Shown: piece by piece, positions 27,538 through 36,314 of the stretch | Layout of the letters: every line of letters starts with the position of its first letter | Numbering within the stretch: the stretch's first letter is position 1 | Origin: Hellea sp. | GTDB taxonomy: Bacteria > Pseudomonadota > Alphaproteobacteria > Caulobacterales > Maricaulaceae | Assembly: GCA_965224755.1 (NCBI GenBank) | Contig: OZ245061.1 | Location: forward strand, 2,247,612 to 2,311,611 | Length of the DNA stretch: 64,000 bases | Direction: 5' to 3' | The notes under the pieces: model-generated | Database searches by the model: none | Told to the model about the DNA's origin: nothing | Seen by the model: only the letters and a program-made list of their open reading frames with translations | Position numbers and translations under genes: made by a program

Positions 27538-29158
27538 ATGGCTGAGAGTTTTACAGGACTCGATTGGGTAGTAATTGGCGGTTATATAGTCTTGCTTTTT
27601 GTTCTTGGCTGGAGAGTCTTGCTTTTTGTTCTTGGCTTTTGCGCGGCGAAAATCTGAAAATGCCAAGGACTATTTTTTAGGCGGCAACACCATGCCGTTT
27701 TGGGTTGTTGCAATATCAATTTTGGCAACGTCGCAATCCGCCGCCACATTTCTGGGCGGGCCCGATCAAGGCTACCGCGGCAACTACACCTATCTGGCAA
27801 CAAATATCGGCACGATTATAGCCGCTATATTTGTTGCTAAAGTTCTGATCCCTAAATTCTATGCTCTCAAAGTTACCACCGTTTATGAATTGCTGGCTAA
27901 CCGGTTTAACGACAATACGATGCGGGCTGCGGGCGGCATGTATCTCGTCGGGCGGGTCTTCGCCAGCGGCTCCCGGCTTTTTCTCGCCGCCATCGCTGTG
28001 GCGATGATTTTATTTTCCAATATAGATGCGGGCAGTATTATTATCTCTGCTTTTTTGATGATGGTCTTAGGCTTTTCTATCACGTTTTTAGGCGGGATTA
28101 AATCTGTGATCTGGAGCGACCTTATCCAGTTTCTCATTTATTGGGGCGCGGCGATCGCGGTTTTATTTATCCTCTGGAAAGCTATTCCGGCAGGCGGCGC
28201 CGAGATTATTGAAGGCCTTAAAAACGCCCCCACGGATGATGGCGACATAGAAAACAAATTGAAATTCTTCGACTTTAGCTTCGACTTTACAAAACCCTTT
28301 GCCATGATCTCTGTTCTGACGGGAATGACTCTCTTGGCGACGGCGAGTTTTGGTATGGATCAGGATATGACCCAGCGTGTGCTGACCTGCAAAAATGAAA
28401 AAGACGGCGCGCGGGCGCTTATCATTGCGGCGGTTATTAGTATCCCGGTGGTCTGGGTGTTTGTCTCTATCGGGCAATTATTGCATGTGTTTTACGAGCG
28501 GCCTGACTTGATGGGAGCGGGCATAACCAGCGCAGCGGAGCGCGAATTTAGCGGCGAGAAAATAACTATTTTCATGCACTATATTTTAGGCGAACTCCCG
28601 GCAGGTATGCGCGGGCTTGTCACTGTGGGCGTCATTGCCGCCGCCGTATCAACCATTAACTCCGGGCTTAATTCGATGTCCTCCGTGATCGTCGAGGATT
28701 TTTACCGACCCTGGAAAAATAGATCAATGAAAAATAGGCGCGCAAAAGCCTCTGAAATGCATTTTGTCCGCGCCGGCCAGGTCTCTATGGGGGTGGTCGG
28801 TATTGCATTATTCTTGATGTCGGTTTTGTGTTTTTACTGGCAACGCTATACGGATATGCCGCTGCTCGATTTCGCGCTCTCGGTGATGGTGTTTTCATAT
28901 TCGGGGCTACTAGGTGTTTATTTCACGGTCTTGTTCACCAAACGGGGCTCGCATGCTTCCGTATTATGGGCCCTAGCCATCGGGTTTTTAGTCACCCTGT
29001 TTATGCAGGCCTTTATCCTTGATAACCTGCCCATACCGGAAAGCTGGAAAGCCGTGAAAAACCTCGCCTTCTCATGGAAATTATGTATCGGCACATTGAT
29101 AGCATTTTTGGTCTGCGTAGCCGGTAATGATAATAATTTAAAAGCGAAGACGGCGTGA
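27538..29158 (+). pseudogene. Sodium:solute symporter (SSF) family transporter, 5' end disrupted by a 28-nt insertion
   Basis: ATG 27538 gives MAESFTGLDWVVIGGYIVLLFVLGW..., which stops at 27655..27657. The rest of the protein (FARRKSENAKDYFLGGNTMPFW...) is in the +1 frame. A 23-nt exact duplicate (27588..27610 and 27615..27637) plus 5 extra nt accounts for the shift. Confidence 0.7.
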
Positions 29159-30765
29159 AAAACTTTCTTACAGGGACAGCATTATTGGGCGCTTTGTTGT
29201 GCGTTTCATGTGCGAGCACGAACGCGCAACAGCTAAAGCCGCAGACCATAGAGCGCGCCCAAAGCTCGGCCCCTCTTAGCGATAGCGAAATCACGCAAAT
29301 CGCTGAGCGGGCCTTGCTAGCCTTTAAAACCCCCGGCATGTCTGTGGGGGTTGTTAAAGACGGCAAGACTATATTCACAGGCGGGTTCGGTATTCGCGAT
29401 ATGGACAGCAAGGCGGGCGTAGACGGAGACACTTTGTTTCGTATTGCCTCCACCAGTAAAGCTTTCACCTCTGCTGCGCTCGCTATATTGGTGGATGAGG
29501 GCAAGCTGGACTGGGATCAAACAGTCATATCCGTTTTGCCCAATTTCCGCATGATGGACGCGTGGGTGACGCGCGAATTTACCGTGCGCGATTTACTGGT
29601 GCACCGCAGCGGACTTGGTATTGGAGCCGGGGATTTGATGCTATGGCCGGAGCCGTCCGGTTTTACCCGCGATGAAATTATCCATAATTTACGCTACCTC
29701 AAATCTACGTCAAGTTTTCGCTCACGCTATGCCTATGATAACCTTCTCTATATTGTAGCCGGTGATGTGGTAACCAAGGCCAGCGGTGTTCCCTATGAGG
29801 AATTTGTCCAAAAACGGATAATGGACACCCTCGATATGGACTGTTTTGGCGGCAGGATTGCCAAACAGGATCTGGACAATGTCGCTATCCCTTACGGATT
29901 TATCGAAGGCAAAATACAGGCCATTCCCCGCAATAAAGTCACAGGAAAAATTACGGCTTCACACCCGGCGGGCGGGCTGGCTTGTAATGCAAAGGGCATG
30001 AGCAACTGGATGTTAGCGCAACTCGGCGGCGGTGTCGGATCCAATGGTCAACGCATTTTTAGTGAAAAACAACGCGATGAAATGTGGACATCACAGACCA
30101 TTTTGCGGGTCTCCAAATCCGAACGAGCCAATGACAACACCCATTTCAAAACTTACGCTCTGGGTTGGCGCAAGGAAGACATGCACGGGCTGGAGGTCAT
30201 TTCCCACACCGGAACGCTGTCGGGATTTCAGGCCTATGTAGTTTTGGTGCCGGAACTGGATTTAGGTATCACTATCCTCAATAACGGCTCCAATTACGGG
30301 GCGCGCACATCGGTCATGCAAAGCATTGTCAAAGCTTATATGGGACAACCCAAAACCGATTGGGTCGGGCATTATAAAGGCCTGCAAGACAAGGCGGCAG
30401 CCGAAGGTAAAAGTCCGGCCACCAACTATGAGAGCGGCGGAACCGGCACGCTTGCCCGTCCACTATCGTCATATGCGGCCAGCTATAAAGACCCATGGTT
30501 TGGCATCGTCGACATAAAAATGAACGGTAACGCCTTGCGCTTCACCGCCCGCAAATCGGTTAACTTAAGCGGAACGCTGGAACCCTTTAACGGCAACATC
30601 TTCATAGTCCGCTGGGACAATAGAGGCTTCAATGCTGACGCCTTCGCTAAGTTTGAAGCAGGCCCCAACGGCAAAATCAACGGCCTAAAAATGACACGCG
30701 TCGACCCCGGAGCCGATTGGAGTTTCGATTTTCAGGACTTGGGGTTTACGCGGGTTGAAGATTAG
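29155..30765 (+). CDS. Exported serine hydrolase of the class-C beta-lactamase / PBP fold
   Basis: 536 aa. GTG start overlaps the symporter stop (GTGA). Cys-containing signal peptide LLCVSCAS. SxxK motif ASTSKAF. Confidence 0.8.
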   Translation: MKNFLTGTALLGALLCVSCASTNAQQLKPQTIERAQSSAPLSDSEITQIAERALLAFKTPGMSVGVVKDGKTIFTGGFGIRDMDSKAGVDGDTLFRIASTSKAFTSAALAILVDEGKLDWDQTVISVLPNFRMMDAWVTREFTVRDLLVHRSGLGIGAGDLMLWPEPSGFTRDEIIHNLRYLKSTSSFRSRYAYDNLLYIVAGDVVTKASGVPYEEFVQKRIMDTLDMDCFGGRIAKQDLDNVAIPYGFIEGKIQAIPRNKVTGKITASHPAGGLACNAKGMSNWMLAQLGGGVGSNGQRIFSEKQRDEMWTSQTILRVSKSERANDNTHFKTYALGWRKEDMHGLEVISHTGTLSGFQAYVVLVPELDLGITILNNGSNYGARTSVMQSIVKAYMGQPKTDWVGHYKGLQDKAAAEGKSPATNYESGGTGTLARPLSSYAASYKDPWFGIVDIKMNGNALRFTARKSVNLSGTLEPFNGNIFIVRWDNRGFNADAFAKFEAGPNGKINGLKMTRVDPGADWSFDFQDLGFTRVED

Positions 30766-30807
30766 TCACCACCGGTTTTGCGCAAGATACGGCCATAAAC
30801 AGGCGCT
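30712..30807. repeat. Repeat R2 copy 1: hydrolase 3' end plus a 45-nt fragment of the D-aminoacylase 3' end
   Basis: 96 nt, roughly 90% identical by eye to 34714..34809. Positions 30762..30806 read on the minus strand as APVYGRILRKTGGD*, a copy of the D-aminoacylase C-terminus. Confidence 0.85.
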
Positions 30808-30914
30808 GTGAATTGACTACACAGCGCTCACGTTTAGGGGGCCTTAGCCCAGCTGGTAGAGCGCTTCGCTGGCAGCGAAGAGGTCAAGAGTTCGACTCCC
30901 TTAAGGCTCCACAC
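30802..30914 (+). repeat. Repeat R1 copy 2: leader plus a degenerate tRNA-Ala
   Basis: Begins at the same ggcgct as copy 1. That hexamer is also the last 6 nt of R2 copy 1, so the junction shows microhomology. Confidence 0.85.
30838..30914 (+). pseudogene. Degenerate tRNA-Ala(GGC) paralogue
   Basis: Same anticodon arm and G3:U70 as the intact copy. Differences: D stem GCCC/GAGC has a C-A mismatch; T stem AAGAG/CCCTT has one compensated and one uncompensated change; there is an extra A before the 3' acceptor strand; the 3' end is ACAC instead of ACCA. Confidence 0.6.
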
Positions 30915-30972
30915 CCCCACTTCATATTCTCCTGCGGATCGGTTCACCTGTCAGCCTCTGAATACGGGTTGG

Positions 30973-32061
30973 CTAGTCTCGAAAAAGTTCACCCACTTTT
31001 TGAGAGAAAACAACAGCGCCTACCGGGTTCATGTGGTCAGGATTATAAAAATTGATCTGTGAGCGCCGTGGTAAGTTTGCGTAAAAAAGGCCTAAGTCTT
31101 CTGGGTTCTCCCAAATATCATAGGCATAACCCTCCTTGAGAAAACGATTCATAAAATAACGCTCATCAAGCCCCCAATCATTTAGCGTAGGCGAAATCAC
31201 GCTTTGCGCGCAGGTGACATTCGCTTCGAGAAATTCGGATAGATCCGCATAGTCAGCACCGGGGTTGTATTTTGCAATCAATTTTGATGTTATTTCCGGG
31301 ACGGGCGCAATAATAATATCCAGTTCCATCCCCCGAAGTTTTAAATCCGTGCAAAAGCGGCGCAAATTATTTTTGTTTTGTGGATTGATTTTTGCCGTAT
31401 TTAAAACGGGGGCCAGATTGCTTTCACTAACCATTGGGAAAGCCTCTAACCGCTGTTTCACCTGTGCTAAAGAGAGTGATGTTATTTTATCGTGGTGAAG
31501 CCGCCGTTGTTTTTGATATAATTCTTTACTGAGCTTGAGTGGCGGCAAGCCTGCCTCTATATTTTCAATCCAAGCATCACTGATTTTTTTTTGCATATTT
31601 GAATCTGATAAAATTGCCCGCGCATAGTCAAGACGTTTGTCATGCTGTCCAAGCTTTAGTGGCACGCCCGCATCTGCCACCCAAATCAAACGCTTTGGCG
31701 ACAGGTTTTCTTTAGCGAGGAACGTCATAAATGGATGTAAGAAATCTGTATTCCATGTTGGGAGAGCGCATATAGCAACACGCTTTTTACCAAGTGTGCT
31801 TTTAAGAACATAGAGATCAATTGCGGCATAGGCATGGGAGCTACCAATAATAACTATATCGATATTTTGGCCGTGTTTTAAGGCAACACAACCCTCTGCA
31901 GCTTTACTGTGCAGCCCCATTAAAAATTCATCTTCTTGCACAATTTGGCTTAATCTTTTGGCATGGGGATCAGGTCTCTGCATTCCGTGAATGAGGTAAT
32001 TCATCGGCCAAATGATCAGTATTATAACCAGAATAAAGAATAACGGTTTAGGGTTTCTCAA
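30973..32061 (-). CDS. Membrane-anchored SGNH/DltD-like partner of the MBOAT acyltransferase
   Basis: 362 aa. N-terminal TM helix LFFILVIILIIWP. Candidate nucleophile IIGSSHAY. C-terminal NPDHMNPVGA (Asp/His pair). 15 nt downstream of the MBOAT gene. Confidence 0.55.
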   Translation of the reverse strand: MRNPKPLFFILVIILIIWPMNYLIHGMQRPDPHAKRLSQIVQEDEFLMGLHSKAAEGCVALKHGQNIDIVIIGSSHAYAAIDLYVLKSTLGKKRVAICALPTWNTDFLHPFMTFLAKENLSPKRLIWVADAGVPLKLGQHDKRLDYARAILSDSNMQKKISDAWIENIEAGLPPLKLSKELYQKQRRLHHDKITSLSLAQVKQRLEAFPMVSESNLAPVLNTAKINPQNKNNLRRFCTDLKLRGMELDIIIAPVPEITSKLIAKYNPGADYADLSEFLEANVTCAQSVISPTLNDWGLDERYFMNRFLKEGYAYDIWENPEDLGLFYANLPRRSQINFYNPDHMNPVGAVVFSQKVGELFRD

Positions 32062-32076
32062 ATCTCTCTCCTTGCT

Positions 32077-33543
32077 TTAAAACTGAAAATAAACAAATGG
32101 CGTACTGAGGCCGGCAAAATAAAATGAGGCCATGAATAAAAGGCAAAAGAAAATCAGCCAGCCATAATTGGCTTGCCACAGAGGCGGCCTGTGACCCAAA
32201 ATATGCCGATCACGATGCGCCGAGCCGCCGGACAATAAAACCTGCGTTGAAATTTCAATTCGCAAACAGATAATCATAAAAACAATAAAAATAATATTGA
32301 CCCAGCCCTGCAAAGATAACCCCACTATGCCTTCAGCTAAGGAAGAGACAGACACCAGCTTTCTTAAAATTACCTTGGCCACATAAAAATCAGGCGCTGT
32401 GAAAATAACTCCCATAATCATAAAGAAAGACAGGCTCAGCAAGACTGTAAAAAAAGTTCTGCCGGCCGGGCTAAAAATTGAAAATAGGCGAGTTGTCACA
32501 AACATCGACATCCATACAAGGATACCCCAAAAGAAAAATTGAATATTATTGCCGTGCCACAAGCTAGAAATTGTGATTGCAAAAAACATGGATATTCCAG
32601 CGCCCATCGGCCATTTATCCGTCAGGCGCCTGAGCGGCGCATATATATGATCCCTGACAAAATGATGAAATGTAATATGCCAGCGCGTCCAAAACTGCCT
32701 GAGTGAATTAGCCCGGAAAGGTGCGTTAAAATTAGCAGGCAGACGCAAGCCGATGAGCAGACCAATCCCGACCGCCATCTCGCTATAACCGCAAAAATCA
32801 AAATACACACGCGGCGGTGCGATAAGGGCAAGCTGCCAAGCCTCGACTATGGTTAAATCACCAAAAGCCGCTTTTGACATGAGCGGCGTGGCAATACGCC
32901 CAAGGCTGTCAGCGAGCACCACTTTTTTAAACAGCCCTAAGGAAAACCAGCCTATACCCTGACACGCCATATTCAGACGGGCCTCCAAAGTAATCCCGCT
33001 TAGAATGCGGGCAAATTCTCGTGTCATCCGTTTGTGCGTGACGATGGGCCCTGCCAAAAGCTGAGGAAAAAACATAATGAACCCGGCATAACTGATCAGT
33101 GATGTCACTGACGCGCGCCCGCGCCTTAAGTCCAGTAAATATCCGATTTGCTGAAAAATATAAAAGGAAATTCCGAGCGGTATAAGCAGGCCGGGCTGCT
33201 TGGCTTGTATCCAGCCATAGCTATTCCACAAATCAATGATAGAGGCTCCATATTTCCAAATGGCCAATGCCGAAAGATTAAGACCGATAGCAATCCATAA
33301 AAACAAAGGCGAATGTGTTTTTGATTTAAACCGCTCGTACAAATAGGCCATGCACCAGCTCATGACAATTAGGGCTAGCAACAGCAGCAAATGAGGGATC
33401 GAACCAAGGCCGTAAAAGATTATGGAGGTTATTAAGATCGCCGGGAGAAACAACTGTTTTTGCTTAAAAGCAGAAGCGGCAACAAGCAGAGCCAGTGCAA
33501 GCGGCAAAAAATAAAATAAAAAATCATATGTCGCAAATGACAT
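32077..33543 (-). CDS. MBOAT family O-acyltransferase (AlgI/DltB/PatA-like)
   Basis: 488 aa, polytopic. Conserved His region FWTRWHITFHHFVRDHIYAPL. Confidence 0.8.
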   Translation of the reverse strand: MSFATYDFLFYFLPLALALLVAASAFKQKQLFLPAILITSIIFYGLGSIPHLLLLLALIVMSWCMAYLYERFKSKTHSPLFLWIAIGLNLSALAIWKYGASIIDLWNSYGWIQAKQPGLLIPLGISFYIFQQIGYLLDLRRGRASVTSLISYAGFIMFFPQLLAGPIVTHKRMTREFARILSGITLEARLNMACQGIGWFSLGLFKKVVLADSLGRIATPLMSKAAFGDLTIVEAWQLALIAPPRVYFDFCGYSEMAVGIGLLIGLRLPANFNAPFRANSLRQFWTRWHITFHHFVRDHIYAPLRRLTDKWPMGAGISMFFAITISSLWHGNNIQFFFWGILVWMSMFVTTRLFSIFSPAGRTFFTVLLSLSFFMIMGVIFTAPDFYVAKVILRKLVSVSSLAEGIVGLSLQGWVNIIFIVFMIICLRIEISTQVLLSGGSAHRDRHILGHRPPLWQANYGWLIFFCLLFMASFYFAGLSTPFVYFQF

Positions 33544-33608
33544 AAATTTATACGATGCTAGGGGAAATCATTGTTGGATCACTTATTCGCTCTAAACCTT
33601 TAAGTATA

Positions 33609-33629
33609 TTGTCTATAAACTATAGACAA
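33609..33629. promoter_or_regulatory. Candidate operator: perfect 9-bp inverted repeat TTGTCTATA-aac-TATAGACAA
   Basis: Lies in the 134-nt divergent region between the MBOAT gene and the TauD-like gene. The GT...AC half-site architecture is typical of GntR-family operators. Confidence 0.4.
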
Positions 33630-33677
33630 GCCTAAAAAGAGGGGCTAATTTCTGGGGACTATAAAGCTGGGGCCGAA

Positions 33678-34697
33678 ATGGATATCACACACCTCAATAA
33701 TGCCGTGCAGGTTACGGGATGCGATCTTGAGAAAGATGAGGACTGCATAGAGCTTGGTCATATTTTGGCCGATGAATGTGTCTTGCTTGTCAAGGATAGC
33801 GTGTCTGAAAAACGGCTATATGATATTCATTCGCTTTGGGGGCAGCCAAGCTTCGCGATCATTCACCGCTATGTGAGCGAGCGGCGACTCACTGGGCGGC
33901 ATTGGCGCAACCTACTTTTAAATCTTGGCTATGCGTCAACAGCGGTTGATCATTTCGCCAATAAATCAGGGATGTCCCGGGTGAGTTTTGAAAAAAACAA
34001 ACGGGGTAAGCCCACAGGTAATTTTACCAATGGCGAGCTGGATTGGCACAGCGATCAACAAGCCTATCATGATAATCACCGCGTCGTTAGCCTGATGAGT
34101 CTCTGGGGCACAAAAAACAGCCAAACTTCATTTCTTTGCACAGCAAAGCCTTATGCAAAATTAAATCATGAAGACAAGTCTATGGTTGATGAACTTGTCA
34201 CGGTTTGGAATTGGGACGGCGGAAAAATGGCACCCGATCTTATACCCTCCCAAAGAGAAATTGTTCATTATAATATTATCCCTTATTCTGATATGGAGTG
34301 CGCGCTTGTTGATCAAACGGCGACAGGGATCAAAGGCATTCGCTTCCCAAGCCATTGCTTTAGCCATTTCAAAGGCATGTCCACCGCCGAAAGCCAGCGC
34401 TATAAAGATCATCTGTGGGAAATTTTACACCGGCCTGAATATGTTTACACCCATGACTGGGAAGACGGCGAGATAATGTTTATGGATCAAAACATCACCC
34501 TGCACGCTCGCCCTACCAATGTTCAGGATGGAAACAAAAGAACTTTGTGCCGCATGATTTCTTATCTTGATAAACTTTATCCCGGCAACGGCCCCGCAGA
34601 CCATGTCTTGTATGACGGCCAAAAACTGGACCATGAAACCTTTGCTAAAATGGTGGATGAACAGCGCAGATCTGAATATTACGCCAAAGCGTCATAA
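33678..34697 (+). CDS. TauD/TfdA family Fe(II)/2-oxoglutarate dioxygenase
   Basis: 339 aa. HxD iron motif in GELDWHSDQQ and a distal His in NITLHARP. Confidence 0.75.
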   Translation: MDITHLNNAVQVTGCDLEKDEDCIELGHILADECVLLVKDSVSEKRLYDIHSLWGQPSFAIIHRYVSERRLTGRHWRNLLLNLGYASTAVDHFANKSGMSRVSFEKNKRGKPTGNFTNGELDWHSDQQAYHDNHRVVSLMSLWGTKNSQTSFLCTAKPYAKLNHEDKSMVDELVTVWNWDGGKMAPDLIPSQREIVHYNIIPYSDMECALVDQTATGIKGIRFPSHCFSHFKGMSTAESQRYKDHLWEILHRPEYVYTHDWEDGEIMFMDQNITLHARPTNVQDGNKRTLCRMISYLDKLYPGNGPADHVLYDGQKLDHETFAKMVDEQRRSEYYAKAS

Positions 34698-34713
34698 ACG
34701 TCTAATATTCCGG

Positions 34714-34809
34714 GCCGATTGGAGTTTTGATTTTCAGGATTTGGGGTTTACGCGTCTTGAAGATTAGTCACCATCGGTTTTGCGCAAGATGCGTCCGTAA
34801 ACAGGCGCT
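34714..34809. repeat. Repeat R2 copy 2: relic of the hydrolase 3' end plus the genuine D-aminoacylase 3' end
   Basis: Encodes ADWSFDFQDLGFTRLED* on the plus strand; the intact hydrolase ends ADWSFDFQDLGFTRVED*. There is no upstream hydrolase body here. Confidence 0.85.
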
Positions 34810-36314
34810 TCGGAATTTTCCTCTGTATCGGTAACTTTTCCGTTGACGATCACGGCGTCAAAGCCGCTTGGCTTAGCCTTTATATCGCTCCAGCCTGTGC
34901 CGGCTTTTATATGCTCCAGATCAATCACCAATATGTCGGCGGCCAATCCCGGTTTCAAAATGCCCCGCGATTTTAAGCCAAATGTTTGCGCTGTCAGGCC
35001 GCTCATTTTATGCACGGCCCGTTCAACAGACATCAGTTTGTCGCGCACGACATAGTCCTCAAGCACTTTAGGAAATGATCCAAAGGATCGCGGGTGGCGC
35101 ATTGTTGGACTGCCGTCCGAGGATATAGACACATCGGGCGCGGTGATGAAGGCGTCTTGTGTGTCTTTGGTCATGATGAAATGCGCCGTTGACGGGCCGC
35201 TATGGCCGAAATCTATAATGACTTGTTCAGGGCGTTTACTCGTCATGTCGGCCACTTCTTGCAACGTCTTGCCCGCGTAATCCCCTTTAGAAATCAGGAT
35301 CGCGCCCGCGCCGTTTCTGCGCTCTATTTTGGCGCGTAGGAACGCTTCAAATTCTTCGCGGCGGTTTTGGGCGGCGTCCTCAAACTCGCTCTTACGCTTG
35401 GCCCATTCGGGGTAGAGATAGATCATGCTGCCATAGCTGGCCAGATAGGGATAAACATCGGCGGTGATTGTCATGCCTTGCGCCCGGGCGTCTCTGATTT
35501 GCGCCAGAACGGCATCCCCTTGCGCGCGGGTTTTGCCGTAGACGACCTTGATATGGGTGACATTGACCTTGGCATATTTGCCTTGCGCGATAACCTCGTT
35601 CACGGCCTCCATAACCTTGTCGTCATCCTCATTGCGGATATGGGACGAGATAAGCCCGTCATATTTGCCGACCACTTTGGCCAGCCCGTTAAGCTCTTCG
35701 GCGCCGGCATAGCGTCCCGGCAGATATTCAAGCCCTGTGCTCATGCCGTAAATGCCTTGTTCGAAACCTTCGGTTAGGAGCGCTTCCATTTTGGCTTGCT
35801 CGGCCGGGCTTACTTTGTCTTTTTCCCCGCCGCCGGAAATCGCGCGGAGAGAACCGTGCCCGATAAGCGCGGCGATATTGGGGCCGGAGCCGCGCTTATT
35901 GATATCCTTAATCCACTCTTTAAAAGGCAGCCTCCCATTGGGGCTGGACCCATCTTGGCCAAGGATGACAGTGGTCACGCCTTGGCGCAGAAAACTACGC
36001 AGATAATCATTATTGTTCGCCAAAGGATTGCCGTGGGAATGGGCGTCGATAAATCCGGGCGTGACGATTTTGCCGCTCGCGTCTATGGTTTTAGCAGCTT
36101 GTATTTTATGGCTGTCAACTTTACCAACATAGACAATCCGGTCGCCCATAGTCAGAACACCTCCCTTAATCGGCGCTTCGCCCGTACCGTCAACTATGGT
36201 GCCGCCTGCGATATGAAGATCATAATCAAGCGCGTAATCGGGCCCGGCAGCACCACCGCAACCTACGAGGATAAACAGGGCAAGGCCTGCTAATATCTGG
36301 ATAAATATTTTCAT
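34764..36314 (-). CDS. N-acyl-D-amino-acid deacylase family amidohydrolase (D-aminoacylase), lipoprotein
   Basis: 516 aa. Lipobox FILVGCG. Metal motif PGFIDAHSHG. Confidence 0.8.
   Translation of the reverse strand: MKIFIQILAGLALFILVGCGGAAGPDYALDYDLHIAGGTIVDGTGEAPIKGGVLTMGDRIVYVGKVDSHKIQAAKTIDASGKIVTPGFIDAHSHGNPLANNNDYLRSFLRQGVTTVILGQDGSSPNGRLPFKEWIKDINKRGSGPNIAALIGHGSLRAISGGGEKDKVSPAEQAKMEALLTEGFEQGIYGMSTGLEYLPGRYAGAEELNGLAKVVGKYDGLISSHIRNEDDDKVMEAVNEVIAQGKYAKVNVTHIKVVYGKTRAQGDAVLAQIRDARAQGMTITADVYPYLASYGSMIYLYPEWAKRKSEFEDAAQNRREEFEAFLRAKIERRNGAGAILISKGDYAGKTLQEVADMTSKRPEQVIIDFGHSGPSTAHFIMTKDTQDAFITAPDVSISSDGSPTMRHPRSFGSFPKVLEDYVVRDKLMSVERAVHKMSGLTAQTFGLKSRGILKPGLAADILVIDLEHIKAGTGWSDIKAKPSGFDAVIVNGKVTDTEENSEAPVYGRILRKTDGD

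Noticed and set aside
30813-31055. 80-aa ORF spanning the degenerate tRNA copy
   Set aside because: It reads straight through a tRNA-derived sequence and into the antisense of the SGNH-like gene. There is no coding support.
34567-34767. 66-aa ORF ending ...ADWSFDFQDLGFTRLED
   Set aside because: It is a chimeric read-through. Its first part is an alternative frame of the TauD gene and its last 17 residues are the relic of the hydrolase tail (repeat R2'). It is reported as a repeat, not a gene.
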